NCBI GenBank assembly: GCA_951406725.2
Contig: OX597818.1
Coordinates: 55,924,001 to 55,988,000, forward strand
DNA length: 64,000 bases
DNA from: Octopus vulgaris
Taxonomy: Eukaryota
Direction of reading: 5' to 3'
This document shows positions 25,301 to 37,601 of this stretch, in pieces (positions within the stretch are counted from its first letter, which is position 1; every line of letters begins with the position of its first letter). A program made the position numbers and the translations under genes. Below the pieces are notes generated by a model. That model was not told the DNA's origin. It searched no databases and was given only the letters and a program-made list of their open reading frames with translations.

Positions 25301-27460
25301 TTAAGATATCAAAGTTTTAAAAATCCCTTAATATTTATTGGTGAGTGTATTGAATATTCAGTTCAATTTGGTTCTTTCTTTTTTTTTTTTAATCTTTTTT
25401 TCTAGAATGTTAAACATCTGGTATTAGTCACATTTGCAAATATAAACAAAAACACAAAATTGATTTGTCAAGGGAACTCCAAAGGTTTTAGCTTAACAAC
25501 ATCTGCACCAGAAATGTTTCATTTAGTCAGATTTCTAGCTTTCCCATTCATCTGGTCATCTATCATAATCTTAGCCAGTAGTTTTCCTTTCCAGCTAATG
25601 AACTTCCTCTCTGTTTTTTTCATTATAGACCTTAATCCTATATATTACTGCAATTCTCTGAAACTCTTTTACCACATGACTTCAGAAAGGCTTTTAGTGC
25701 TTCCATTAAATAATTTCTCTGAAATACTTATAATAAAATACAAATTCACATCACAGAATATTCACACTTCCTACAAAAATGCATTGAATTCATTAGCTTT
25801 AATACTCTTTTACTCATTTCAGTCATTTGACTGTGACCATGCTGGAGCACCGCCTTTAGTCAAGCAAATCGAACCCCAGGACTTATGCTTTGTAAGCCTA
25901 GTACTTATTCTATTGGTGTGTTTATGTCCCCGTAACTTAGCAGTTTGGTAAAAGAGACCAACATCGGTTGTCAAGCGATGGTGGGGAGGGACAAACACAA
26001 ACACACAAATATATATACGTATATATACACAACAGGCTTCTTTCAGTTTCCATCTACCAAATCCACTCACATGGCTTTGGTCGGACCGAGGCTATAGTAG
26101 AAGACACTTGCCCAAGGTACCATGCAGTGGGACTGAACCTGAAACCATGTGGTTTGTAAGCAAGCTTCTTACCACACAGCCACTCCTGCACCTATATAGA
26201 ATAATTATTTCAAAGTGAACATTTCTCATTTCCTGACATGATTTACTATTTCAGAGCAAGTGTTTTACTTTCTTACTAGTTGAGTTCCTTACTGCTTACA
26301 CTTCTGTGTAAGATATTTATTTCATCTGAGAACGAAGCTATCATACAAAATTCAGTTATGAAAATATAAACACGGAATGAAATATCTTTATTAAAACAAG
26401 ATGTACAATAAATTGTATATATCTTAATATTCTAGTTTTAAATTTATTGAGAAGCTGTCCTCTTACTAACAGATATATATGACTCATATTTAGCAGTAAA
26501 TTTATTATTCTGAACTCTGAGAAAAATTTCTCACAAGCTGAAAATGTCTGAATCTCTGAGATAACCTTAGAAGTTGTTGAATGATGATTCCAATGTCTAT
26601 TGATGCCTTTACCATTTTGACAAATCCTATTTCTGATGCCACTAATTTCTTTGGTTAAATGAAGGAAATTAGCAGAATGGCCAAAAGGCATAAATCATGT
26701 CTGTATTTACTGTTGTTGTCACTAACTCACCACCATCACCTTCATCAAAATTGTTCCCATTATTGGTTGAAAGTTCATTTTTCCATGCTTGCATGGGTTG
26801 GAAGGAATTTTTAGAGGCAGATTTTTCTGTGGCTGGATGCCTTTCCTGTCACCTTCCCTCACCTAATTCCAAATAAGGTAATATTTCCCCATGGACAATT
26901 ATGTTTTCATGGATGTTTGGAAACAAAGAAAGCTGCTTGTATGATGGTGACACTCGTTTACAGCTGTTGCACAGAGCGGAGGCAAAGGAGACAAAATACA
27001 TACATGCATGACGGGTTTCTTTTTGTTTCTGTTTACCAAATCCATTCACAGAGCTTTGGTCAGCCCAGGGCTGTAGTAGAAGACATTTGACTAAGATGAA
27101 TTGTCATCACTTTAATATCTTTTCCCCTGCTGGTATGCTTAGGATATGTCTAAAGTACATTATATTGCCAATTGTCTTGATCCTATTTGTGAAACTGAAC
27201 ATCACAAGATCTAACCTGACCACTTTCTCTTATGCTTTCCCATCCATCCTCTGCTTAACTTTTATTGTTTGACTGTGAAACTTCATCACTGTGAAACTTC
27301 ATCACTGTGAAACTCATCCTGTGCTGGTGCCTCATAAAAAGCACCCAGTGCACTCTGTAAAGAGGTTGGCATTAAGAAGGGCATCCAGCCATAGAAAGCA
27401 TGCCAAAACAGACAACTCCAGCTCCTGTCTGACCATGCAGCCCATGGAAACGGACATTAA

Positions 27461-27664
27461 CCCTTTCGTCATGAAACCGGCTCTGAGTACAAATGTTTTG
27501 TTTTCTTAAGTTTTGAATTAAAATCTTCCACCAAACCTTAGTGTTAGGAACATAAATTGTGACTAACTTAATGATAACTAAGTTATTTTACTAAATTCTT
27601 TGTTATATTTAAAGTAATTGAAAGAAACACAGAGCATCTCAAAATAAATACGGTAACAAAAGGG
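27461..27664. mobile_element. piggyBac-like MITE, same family as 24987-25187
   Basis: TTAA-CCCTTTCG ... AAAAGGG-TTAA, with near-identical interior. Confidence 0.85.
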
Positions 27665-29579
27665 TTAAATGAGGAACAATGGTGATGATACTCATCTTTC
27701 TTCAATGCCACAATTGGAGATAGTATCGTAACAATGTTGTGAGCTGCACAAGCTACCAAACAACATTAGTATCAGCTGTGTTGCTAACCATACCAATCAC
27801 TGCTATGTCTCCAAGTGATTTGTAGTGTCTTGTAACATTGTTGCTATCTCCACTATTCACATAGAGATATTGTTTCAACAATGTTGATAGCTCTATAAAT
27901 CACCAAGACACATTATGCCAACACTGTTGCTTGCCTCTTGAATCATCTGTAGATATTGTATCAATGTTGGTAGCTTTATAAATCACATAGAGACACAGCA
28001 GCAACGCAGTCATCAAATCAACAACCAGTCACCTGGGGACATTGTACTCAGCCCCCAGTTACAAACGCTCCCTAGGTAATCTCACCATCAAAAATGCAGT
28101 AAATCCATAATTTGGTTCGTTGAACATCTTCAACCAATGAACTCTGTTGTTCACCCAGCTGTGATACAAAATAAAAAATATATAAATCCAAAACAATAAG
28201 TTTTTAATTTGTATTTATTAGATTTAAGGTGATAAATTGACAGAATCATGAGCAAGACAGGTGAAATGCTTAGCGGCATTTTGTCTGTCTTTACATTCTG
28301 AGTTCAAATTCCACTGAAGTCGACTCTGCCTTTCATCCTTTTGCGATTGATAAAATAAGTACCAGTTGAGCACTGGGTTAGATGTAATCAACACACCCAC
28401 TTCCCCTAAAGTTGCTGGCCTTGTGCCAGAATTTGAAATCGATCATCATCGTTTAACGTCCGCTTTCCATGCTAGCATGGGTTGGACAGTTCGACTGGGG
28501 TCTGGGAAGCCAGGAGGCTGCACTAGGCCCAGTTTGATCTGGCAGTGTTTTAATGCCCTTCCAAATGCCAACCACTCTGTGAGTGCAGTGGGTGCTTTTC
28601 ACATGCCACCAGCACAGGTGCCAGGCGAGGCTGGCAACAGCCACGATTGGTTGGTGCTTTTTACATGCCACCGGCACGGAAGCCAGTTGAGGCAGTGCTG
28701 GCAACGGCCACGTTTGGATGTTTCTTTTTAGATTTCTGTTCATACAATCCTTCTGTTTTGTTTATCCTTACATTGAAAAACTTTACAGCAGATTTCAGAT
28801 TTGGCTTATCATTGATGCATTTCAATACAAATTACCTAATTTATATTAAAAGACCAATGTAAGAACTTGCAAAACTAGATTGGATATCAGACTCATAATT
28901 AAAATAGATAAGAAACTAATATGTAGGTTAGCAGTAGAGTATCTGGAGCTAAAAACTTTCACAGATTGGAAGATAACAGATTGTAACTTAATTGTATGTA
29001 GATAATGCACCTTGATTGGAGCAAAAACTTAGATAATAAAGGATACCAGTTAATTTAAAATTGATATTTATAATCCACCTGCTTTAAAGTTTTACATGAA
29101 CTTTTACTGTTGATTTTAATGGATATGTTATCTAGATGACCGAAGTGACAGGGAAAAAAAATATATATTTAGTATAGTGCTTTTACTAAATATGTTGCAA
29201 GAGGCTACAGCATGGCCAGTGTATGTGGGTGAGTTGTACATAGTCTGGTGATGTATTATTTTGTAGATTTGCATTTGCTGTTATTTCTCAAATCAACCTT
29301 GGTCCAGTGCAGCTATGATCAAAGACAATCCAGCCATGAATAACCTTCTTATTTTGGGAAGACTTCAGGGTGTGACTTCAGGGAGATCTGGCTGTTGGCT
29401 GTTACTTCTTTTGCCAGTCAAGTAACTGTGTAGAGATACTTTTCAATATCTGTGAGTGAGAGAGGAAAAGAGACTATGATAAAAAAAAGATAATGAATGT
29501 ATGATAAAGAATTATCAGTTTATTGTAAGAATTTGCTAGAGAAGAGATAGGTTAAATATGGTACAATTTGAGAGAACTA

Positions 29580-29826
29580 TTGGGTTGGTGCATAATTATT
29601 GCGGCTTCTTTTTCAACAAATTTTATTTAACAAAAACAATTTATTTAACAAAAGAATCTTTAAATGAGTCTGACCGTCTGCCAAGCAAATGGGAAGTAGT
29701 AATTGAAGTAGATGGTGAATATGCTCCGGAATAATCATTCAAAAACGTTTTTGTTACAGGTTGTTATTGTTTTTGTTGAATAGAATTTGTTGAAAAAAAG
29801 CCACAATAATTATGGCACCAACCGAA
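29580..29826 (+). mobile_element. Non-autonomous mariner element
   Basis: TA TSDs, TIRs ttgggttggtgcataattattgcggc / gccacaataattatggcaccaaccgaa, internal LPSKWEVVIEVDGEYAPE* transposase tail. Confidence 0.85.
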
Positions 29827-31622
29827 TAGATCTTATAACAGAACAAAAGCAAAAAGTGAAACTGTAGATACATTTCCAAAACATGACTGGAAATATCTGT
29901 TTGAAAGGGCACGTAAAAGCACCATCCGCTCGTCTCCGTTGCCAGCCTCGCCTGGCCCCCGTGCCGGTGGCACGTAAAAGCACCATCCGTTCGTGACCGT
30001 TTGCCAGCTCCGTCTGGCACCTGTGCGGGTGGCACGTAAAAAGCACCCACTACACTCACGGAGTGGTTGGCGTTAGGAAGGGTATCCAGCCGTAGAAACA
30101 CTGCCAGATCAGACTGGGCCTGATGCAGCCTTCTGGCTTCACAGACCCCAGTTGAACCGTCCAACCCATGCTAGCATGGAAAGCGGACGTTAAATGATGA
30201 TGATGATGATGAAAACAACTAATGATGCTGGTAATAATTTCTAAGTAAACATTGAAATATTTTAATAACCATTTTAATAATCATTAAACTTGTAATGTAG
30301 TTTTTAGGAAATAGGTACATCATCATCATCATTTAACATCTATTGTCCATGCTGGCATGGGTTGGACAGTCTGACCAAAGCTGGGGGGCTCCACAAGACT
30401 ACAATTTGTTTTGGTATGGTTTCTATGGCTGGTTGCCCTTTCTAACACCTACCACTTTTGCATGGTACCACATGGATATTTTTAGGTGGCACTGCCATTA
30501 GTGCATTAGTCACCAGAGGGACCAATCTTAACACTTCTACTGTGGAGTACGGGTCTTCCTGAGTACAAGCAAGGGGCCAGACTGCTTGGTCTTTTGTGCA
30601 GTATGAACAAATAGTTAAGAAGTTTGCTTTGTAACCACAAGGTCCTAGGTTCAATCCCAGTGCATGGTATCTTGAGCAAATGTCATTTTCCTATGGTTTC
30701 AGATTGACCCATACTTTATGAGGGGAAATTGGGGATATGGAAACCGTACTGAAGCCTGTTGGATGGACTGTGTCTTTACTTCAAAAGGTACAGCTTTGTC
30801 AAACTAGTTCTGATAATTATATTAAGAGTACATGTGTCTGAAGTACTCAGCCACTTCCATACTTAATCAATGAGTAGACAATTCACTTGATCAAATGACA
30901 ATCTTCATTGTTGAAACCAATGGACAGTCAACCATATAACACTTGACATAATTTTACACCTGTTTTTCCATGATGGCATTAAATTAATGAATTTTTTTCA
31001 AGTATAGCTTTTTGATACTAGTTCTGGCTTCTTTTCATCTCCAAGAAATCTAGCATCCTAAAATTAAAATTCATTTCTTCTCATATCTTCTTTTCACTCA
31101 CTTAAACCTTCACACAATTGTCATTCTTCATATGCCTGCTTCAGAACAGTTTTTTCTCTTGCACACTACAGTTAATTTTTCTGATGCACATTTTTCTCAG
31201 CACATATGTGCACTGTCATGCATACTGATATTGTGCATCATCAAGCAGAGCATACTCAGATCATCATCATCGTTTAACGTCCGTTTTGCATGCTAGCATG
31301 GGTTGGACAGTGCAACCAGGGTCTGGGAAGCCAGGAGGCTGCACCGGCCCCAGTCTGATCTGCCAGTGTTTTTTACAGCTGGATGCCCTTCCTAATGCCA
31401 ACCACTCTGTAAGTGTAGTGGATGCTTTTTACATGCCACTGGCACAGGGGTGAGAGCAGGCTGGCAACGGCCACAATCGGTTAGTGCTTTTTACATCCCA
31501 CCATCTCTTTAATAAACTCATCATTTTAAATTGTTACTTGTTTTAGTTTTGATTTATTGAAAGTACACAATTTGGAGAACAATTATATTTTAAAGTATTT
31601 TTTCTCTGTTTCCTATTTTCAG

Positions 31623-31726
31623 TCTCATTTTGATGTCCCTCTACAACATATCTATAAACCAAAAAGGTCTAAAGTATATCTGCAATAAAACAACATTATT
31701 CCAGCTTTTAGTTTGGCTTTTAACAG
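31623..31726 (+). CDS. HSF2BP: HSF2BP/MEILB2 next coding exon
   Basis: Acceptor tttctctgtttcctattttcAG, donor GTAAGA, 104 nt, phase-compatible with the 15162-15285 exon (AA|T = Asn). Translates LILMSLYNISINQKGLKYICNKTTLFQLLVWLLT versus human LMLMSLYNVSINLKGLKYISESPGFIPLLWWLLS. Confidence 0.95.
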
Positions 31727-32184
31727 GTAAGAATGATATTCTGATATATATATATCACAAAGCTCTCTTTTACTAACCTACAGTGTCTAAGACTATACAG
31801 GGTGTTTGTGCTAAATTTGACAGTTTGCATAAAAGGAAAAGAAAATACAATATCTCATTCAAAACAATTTTTTTTTAATCAAAAATTTTTAAATAGATTA
31901 CTCGCCTGGCCCCCGTGCCGGTGGCACGTAAAAAGCACCATCCGTCCATGGCCGTTTGCCAGCTCTGTCTGGCACCTGTGCGGGTGGCACGTAAAAAGCA
32001 CCCACTACACTCACGGAGTGGTTGGCGTTAGGAAGGGCATCCAGCCGTAGAAACACTGCCAGATCAGACTGGGCCTGATGCAGCCTTCTGGCTTCACAGA
32101 CCCCCAGTTGAACCGTCCAACCCATGCTAGCATGGAAAGCGGACGCTAAAGGATGATGATGATGATGAATGATGGGAGATAACA

Positions 32185-32600
32185 GTTTATTCAAAGTAGC
32201 AACCCTCAGCCTCCACCACAGCATCAAGGTGGCTCCAGAACTCGGTACATGTCTTCCTCACATTGTCCATGGGAAGAACTTTGAACACTTCCTTGATCTT
32301 GACTTTGGTGTTACAGGTAAAACAGTTGGTGTCTTTTCCAATTACATGCCACACATAGTATTCCATGGCATTGCAATTGGGAGAATTCAGAGGCCAGAAA
32401 TTGGGGCTGGTGAAGTTGTAGAAATTTTCTGACAACCACTTGACTATTTCCAGAGGCATGGAAAGGAATCAAATCCTGCTGCTACACATATGGCCTTCCT
32501 GCAGCAACCCTCTCCAGCCAGAGTTTAATTACAATCTCCAATAGTTTCTCACATAGCCATTTGAATTGAGCATAAGTTCCCATTTAGTCAAGTGGCACTT
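32185..32600 (-). mobile_element. Tc1/mariner (DD37D/maT-like) transposase C-terminal relic
   Basis: WLSENFYNFTSPNFWPLNSPNCNAMEYYVW...FWSHLDAVVEAEGCYFE matches the WPPNSPDLNPLDYYVW and GGYFE motifs. Confidence 0.85.
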
Positions 32601-33282
32601 GCATGTTCATTACATCTCTCATGATATGTAAGACGGTACCTGTAATGGGATCTAAACACACACTTCTACTCAGAAGCAACTGCTGCTTCCGTTTGGTCGG
32701 TCCAGCTTTCATTCATATCCTTTTATCCATATTAGGCTTTTATGCTCATTAGAAAATCCCTAACATAGCAAGTTGTAATAATTATACCTTTCTATGAACA
32801 AGAAGGCTGTCTGTAAGGGCTTGGGGTACTGACTCACTTTAACGAATTTAATCGTTAAAGTGGTTCTAATTGCGAATTGAAAATAAATTCAGGACTCACT
32901 TTACTGAAAAAGCTACAGCTGTCAGGTAGTAATGAAGACAATTTAATAAATACTGGGTGACATTTAGTCTTTAGTTCATAGTAATATATATATATACATA
33001 TATATATATATATTACTATCTACAAATTCACTTGTTGTAGTTCTTGATCTTTTTTTATTTACATTTAATCTATTTCCTCCTGGCATTTTTTTTTTTTCTT
33101 TTTGCCTTTCTGACACAGCAGTAATTCTGAATCTACAGATTTTTTGATTAATGATTTAAATATGATTACATGAAAATATTAAAGATCAAAGCTTGCAGCT
33201 GTTTTAATTATTTACATATTTCATTTAAACTGAAAATTCCTACACTGAGTGCAATCATGAGACTCCTGTGATTGAATATTTT

Positions 33283-33335
<53 letters not shown>

Positions 33336-33377
33336 ATTGCCAATAATTTGAATTGCTATATTTCCGACAAAGTTACA

Positions 33378-33477
33378 NNNNNNNNNNNNNNNNNNNNNNN
33401 NNNNNNNNNNNNNNNNNNNNNNNNNNNNNNNNNNNNNNNNNNNNNNNNNNNNNNNNNNNNNNNNNNNNNNNNNNNNN
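33378..33477. other. Assembly gap
   Basis: Exactly 100 N. Confidence 1.
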
Positions 33478-34682
33478 AATGAAAGAAAATTTTAATAAAA
33501 TGAGAAATTGATAAAATATATAAATATATATTTATTCAACCGGTTTTCGTCATTGTATGACTTGTCAAGAATATTTATGTTTTAAGAAGTTTTTTTAAAA
33601 ATTAGAAAGGGGAAAAAAAGAAGAAAATTGCATTGTTTTTTGTAAAAGAATAATGATAAAAATGTACAAAAATTAAAAAATAAGTTCTCCGATACATTGT
33701 GAATTCGTTGTGTATCTTGAGTTTTATGGTTGTTTACGAGAAAATTACCTTGAGGTGTTGAGATCCAAAGGGATTAAGAGCATGTGTTGTGTTGTGTTGT
33801 TAAATTCAGCATGTTTGCAGGACAGGAAGTAGTAGTAATTGTGGTCCTGGTTCTTCAGTTCCTGTGTTGTGAGTAAGGGAGTCAACTCTTTTGAGTTCTT
33901 CAATAAAACCCAAATTATAAAACTATCATTTTAGCTTCATTTGCATTATCTTTTTTATATAATTGCTTGTTAACTTAACTTTCAGATTTTAACACTTTAT
34001 TTATATTATTTTCTAATAATATAAATCTGCATAGACAATTGCATTTCAAATTGTCATATCATTTATAATTGTTGTTATTACTATCATTTTTATTATAAAT
34101 GATATGACAATTTGAAATGCAATTGTCTATGCAGATTTATATTATTAGAAAATAATATAAATAAAGTGTTAAAATCTGAAAGTTAAGTTAACAAGCAATT
34201 ATATAAAAAAGATAATGCAAATGAAGCTAAAATGATAGTTTTATAATTTGGGTTTTATTGAAGAACTCAAAAGAGTTGTCTCCCCTTACTCACAACACAG
34301 GAACTGAAGAACCAGGACCACAATTACTACTACTTCCTGTCCTGCAAACATGCTGAATTTAACAACACAACAAAACACATGCTCTTAATCCCTTTGGATC
34401 TCAACACCTCAAGGTAATTTTCTCGTAAACAACCATAAAACTCAAGATACACAACGAATTCACAATGTATCGGAGAACTTATTTTTTAATTTTTGTACAT
34501 TTTTATCATTATTCTTATACAAAAAACAATGCAATTTTCTTCTTTTTTCCCCTTTCTAATTTTTAAAAAACTTCTTAAAACATAAATATTCTTGACAAGT
34601 CATACAATGACGAAAACCGGTTGAATAAATATATATTTATATATTTTATCAATTTCTCATTTTATTAAAATTTTCTTTCATT
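33478..34682. repeat. 1.2-kb near-perfect inverted repeat
   Basis: Arm 33478-34069 is the reverse complement of 34092-34682, with about 3 substitutions and about 3 homopolymer indels and a 22-nt spacer. The left arm is cut by the N gap. Confidence 0.95.
34587..34627 (+). ncRNA. Variant-core hammerhead-like motif (mirror copy on - strand at about 33533-33573)
   Basis: UAUUC-UUGACAA-GUCA(UACAA)UGAC-GAAA-ACCGGU-U-GAAUA. Stem I UAUUC/GAAUA, palindromic stem III. Confidence 0.5.
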
Positions 34683-34715
34683 TGAGCATTCTACATTTTT
34701 AAAAAAGTCTTTCCT

Positions 34716-34757
<42 letters not shown>

Positions 34758-34844
34758 CGTGAAGTGGTGAAATGAAGTGCTTGGCTCAAGAACACAATGC
34801 AACACGAATCGAACCCACGGTCTCGCATTCGTGAGTGCAACACC

Positions 34845-34926
<82 letters not shown>

Positions 34927-35005
34927 CATTATTGGTGAATTGAAGAAATGGAGCTGAACGCAGATTGAATAATCTACTACAAGATTATTCATCTTTCTAT
35001 TTCAC

Positions 35006-35047
<42 letters not shown>

Positions 35048-35104
35048 TATATACATATAAAGGGCTTAGTAAAATAAATTACTTCGCCGCATACTGAACA
35101 TATA

Positions 35105-35179
<75 letters not shown>

Positions 35180-35373
35180 TATATAAAAGGGCTTAGTAAA
35201 GTAAATTCATTAGAAATAGCAGCTAAAAAACTTTTTTAAAGCTATTTCTAATACTTAAAGAAAATCTCTCTCATATATAGTGTTTGCTTAATTCAACTCA
35301 CAAAAGTTTGGGGGTAAGGACATCAAAAAATCAAATGCTAAGGTTATTTGAGTACGTACGTTTCAAGATTAGT

Positions 35374-35473
35374 NNNNNNNNNNNNNNNNNNNNNNNNNNN
35401 NNNNNNNNNNNNNNNNNNNNNNNNNNNNNNNNNNNNNNNNNNNNNNNNNNNNNNNNNNNNNNNNNNNNNNNNN
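35374..35473. other. Assembly gap
   Basis: Exactly 100 N. Confidence 1.
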
Positions 35474-35771
35474 GCGTGACATAGAGTGGTAGGAATATGG
35501 CTGCTGTGAGCATTCCGAATGACCGTCGAATCAAGAACAGAATTCGCGTGCGTTGTTGGCAGCATGGACGCACTGGGCCGAAGGCGAAAAGGAGGAATCC
35601 ACCAAGATTACATCGACCCCAGTGCGTAACTGGTACTTAATTTATCGACCCAGAAAGGATGAAAGGCAAAGTCGACCTCGGCGGAATTTGAACTCAGAAC
35701 GTAACGGCAGACGAAATACGGCTATGCATTTCGCCCAGCGTGCTAACGTTTCTGACAGCACGCCGCCTTAC

Positions 35772-35883
35772 TCTATCGTACCACTACTGCATATATATCT
35801 CTGAGATATTTAGAAATGTAATATTTCTAATAAAAAAAAAGTATGCAGTTTTAGACCCGAGCAACGCCGGGTATCTCTGCTAG
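35772..35883 (+). mobile_element. Non-autonomous Helitron 3' end
   Basis: Hairpin acccgagcaacgccgggt (35855-35872) followed shortly by CTAG|T. The 5' TC boundary is uncertain. Confidence 0.65.
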
Positions 35884-36390
35884 TTTTCTGAAAATGATTT
35901 ATTCAAATGTCTTTATCCATTGACGTTATTTTTCTTATTCTTTTATATTTTCCTTTTCTTCACTCATCATCCATTATTCATTATACTTCCTGGTATGATT
36001 ATTCTATTTTATGGTATGTTTCTTCATGAATGCGCGTATATGTATATACGTCTATGTATGTGTGTGTGTACGAACGAGTTGGGGAAAAGATGGCGGAAAG
36101 AGAGAAGGAAAGAGAATCCATGTGTATATACGTTGGTAGACGTGTACACGCGTGTGTATGTATATATGTTCTTGTATTCTTTTGCGTTTCAGTAATTTGA
36201 CTGGGGCCATGCTGGAGCACCGCCTTTAGCCCAGCAAATCGATCCCAGCACTGATTCTTTGTAAGCCTAGTACTTATTCTATCGGTCTCTTTTGCCGAAC
36301 CGCTAAGTTACGGGACGGGGATGTAAACACACCAGCATCGGTTGGCAAACGATGTTGAGGGAACAAACACAGACACACAAACAAATGCAT

Positions 36391-36421
<31 letters not shown>

Positions 36422-36482
36422 AGCTTCATATATATATATATATATGCAGACATATGTATGTACATACACATATACACACACA

Positions 36483-36534
<52 letters not shown>

Positions 36535-36617
36535 CATGTATGTGAATACACATATACGTAGACATAAGTATGTATATGCCTATATATATGTATATATATG
36601 CAAGCATATGCCTGTAT

Positions 36618-36651
<34 letters not shown>

Positions 36652-36884
36652 AGACATATGTATGTATATACATGCACATACACATACACATATAGGTTTT
36701 GCATACTAATATACATACATATACACAAACGTATGGTTATAGATTCATACATATGTATAAATATGCATATATGCATATATTTTAAAATGTATGAATTAAT
36801 GCGTATATGTATGTTGTATTTTTTCAAGCGTATATAAAGAGAATAGTGTAGATGTACGTGGATATATATATATATATATATATA

Positions 36885-36984
36885 NNNNNNNNNNNNNNNN
36901 NNNNNNNNNNNNNNNNNNNNNNNNNNNNNNNNNNNNNNNNNNNNNNNNNNNNNNNNNNNNNNNNNNNNNNNNNNNNNNNNNNNN
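36885..36984. other. Assembly gap
   Basis: Exactly 100 N. Confidence 1.
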
Positions 36985-37559
36985 ACTCTTGAGGGTGTTA
37001 TGGTGCATGTTTTGGAAAGAACACTGGCGTCCGAAGCCGGAAAATGGCTGCCAATTAAGCGATGTCATTTTTTTCTATATGATGTGGTGGTGTTTCAAAA
37101 TTTGACTTGTGCATATTAATTTCCATTACGTCCTTTATATTGTATCAAAATTTCACGTCTTTATTTGTAAAGTTAAAGAAATTATTAAAACTTGAAACGC
37201 ATCATTGACTTTTGGGACAACCTGTTTATATATATATATATATATTGTACGATGCAAATAAGAATACACCCAGTATTTTTGTTGTTTTAATGGCAACTCC
37301 GGTGGTGGGAGGATGAAAAATATCATCTTATTTGTATCGTACAATACACATTTCGACGCTTCTACAAAGAAAAAAACAAATATTTGTTTGCTTGTATGTA
37401 TGTATGTTAGCTCTGAGGAAGATAGCTTTGGGCCAGTGGTTCCCTGTATCTTCAGTCGATCAATCGATCGATTGATAAGATTGAAACACAAACGCATACC
37501 TGAAACAGTTGTAAGCCTATAAAGGGAAAAATAAAGGTAGGTAATCCACTAGTTTTGTT

Positions 37560-37601
<42 letters not shown>

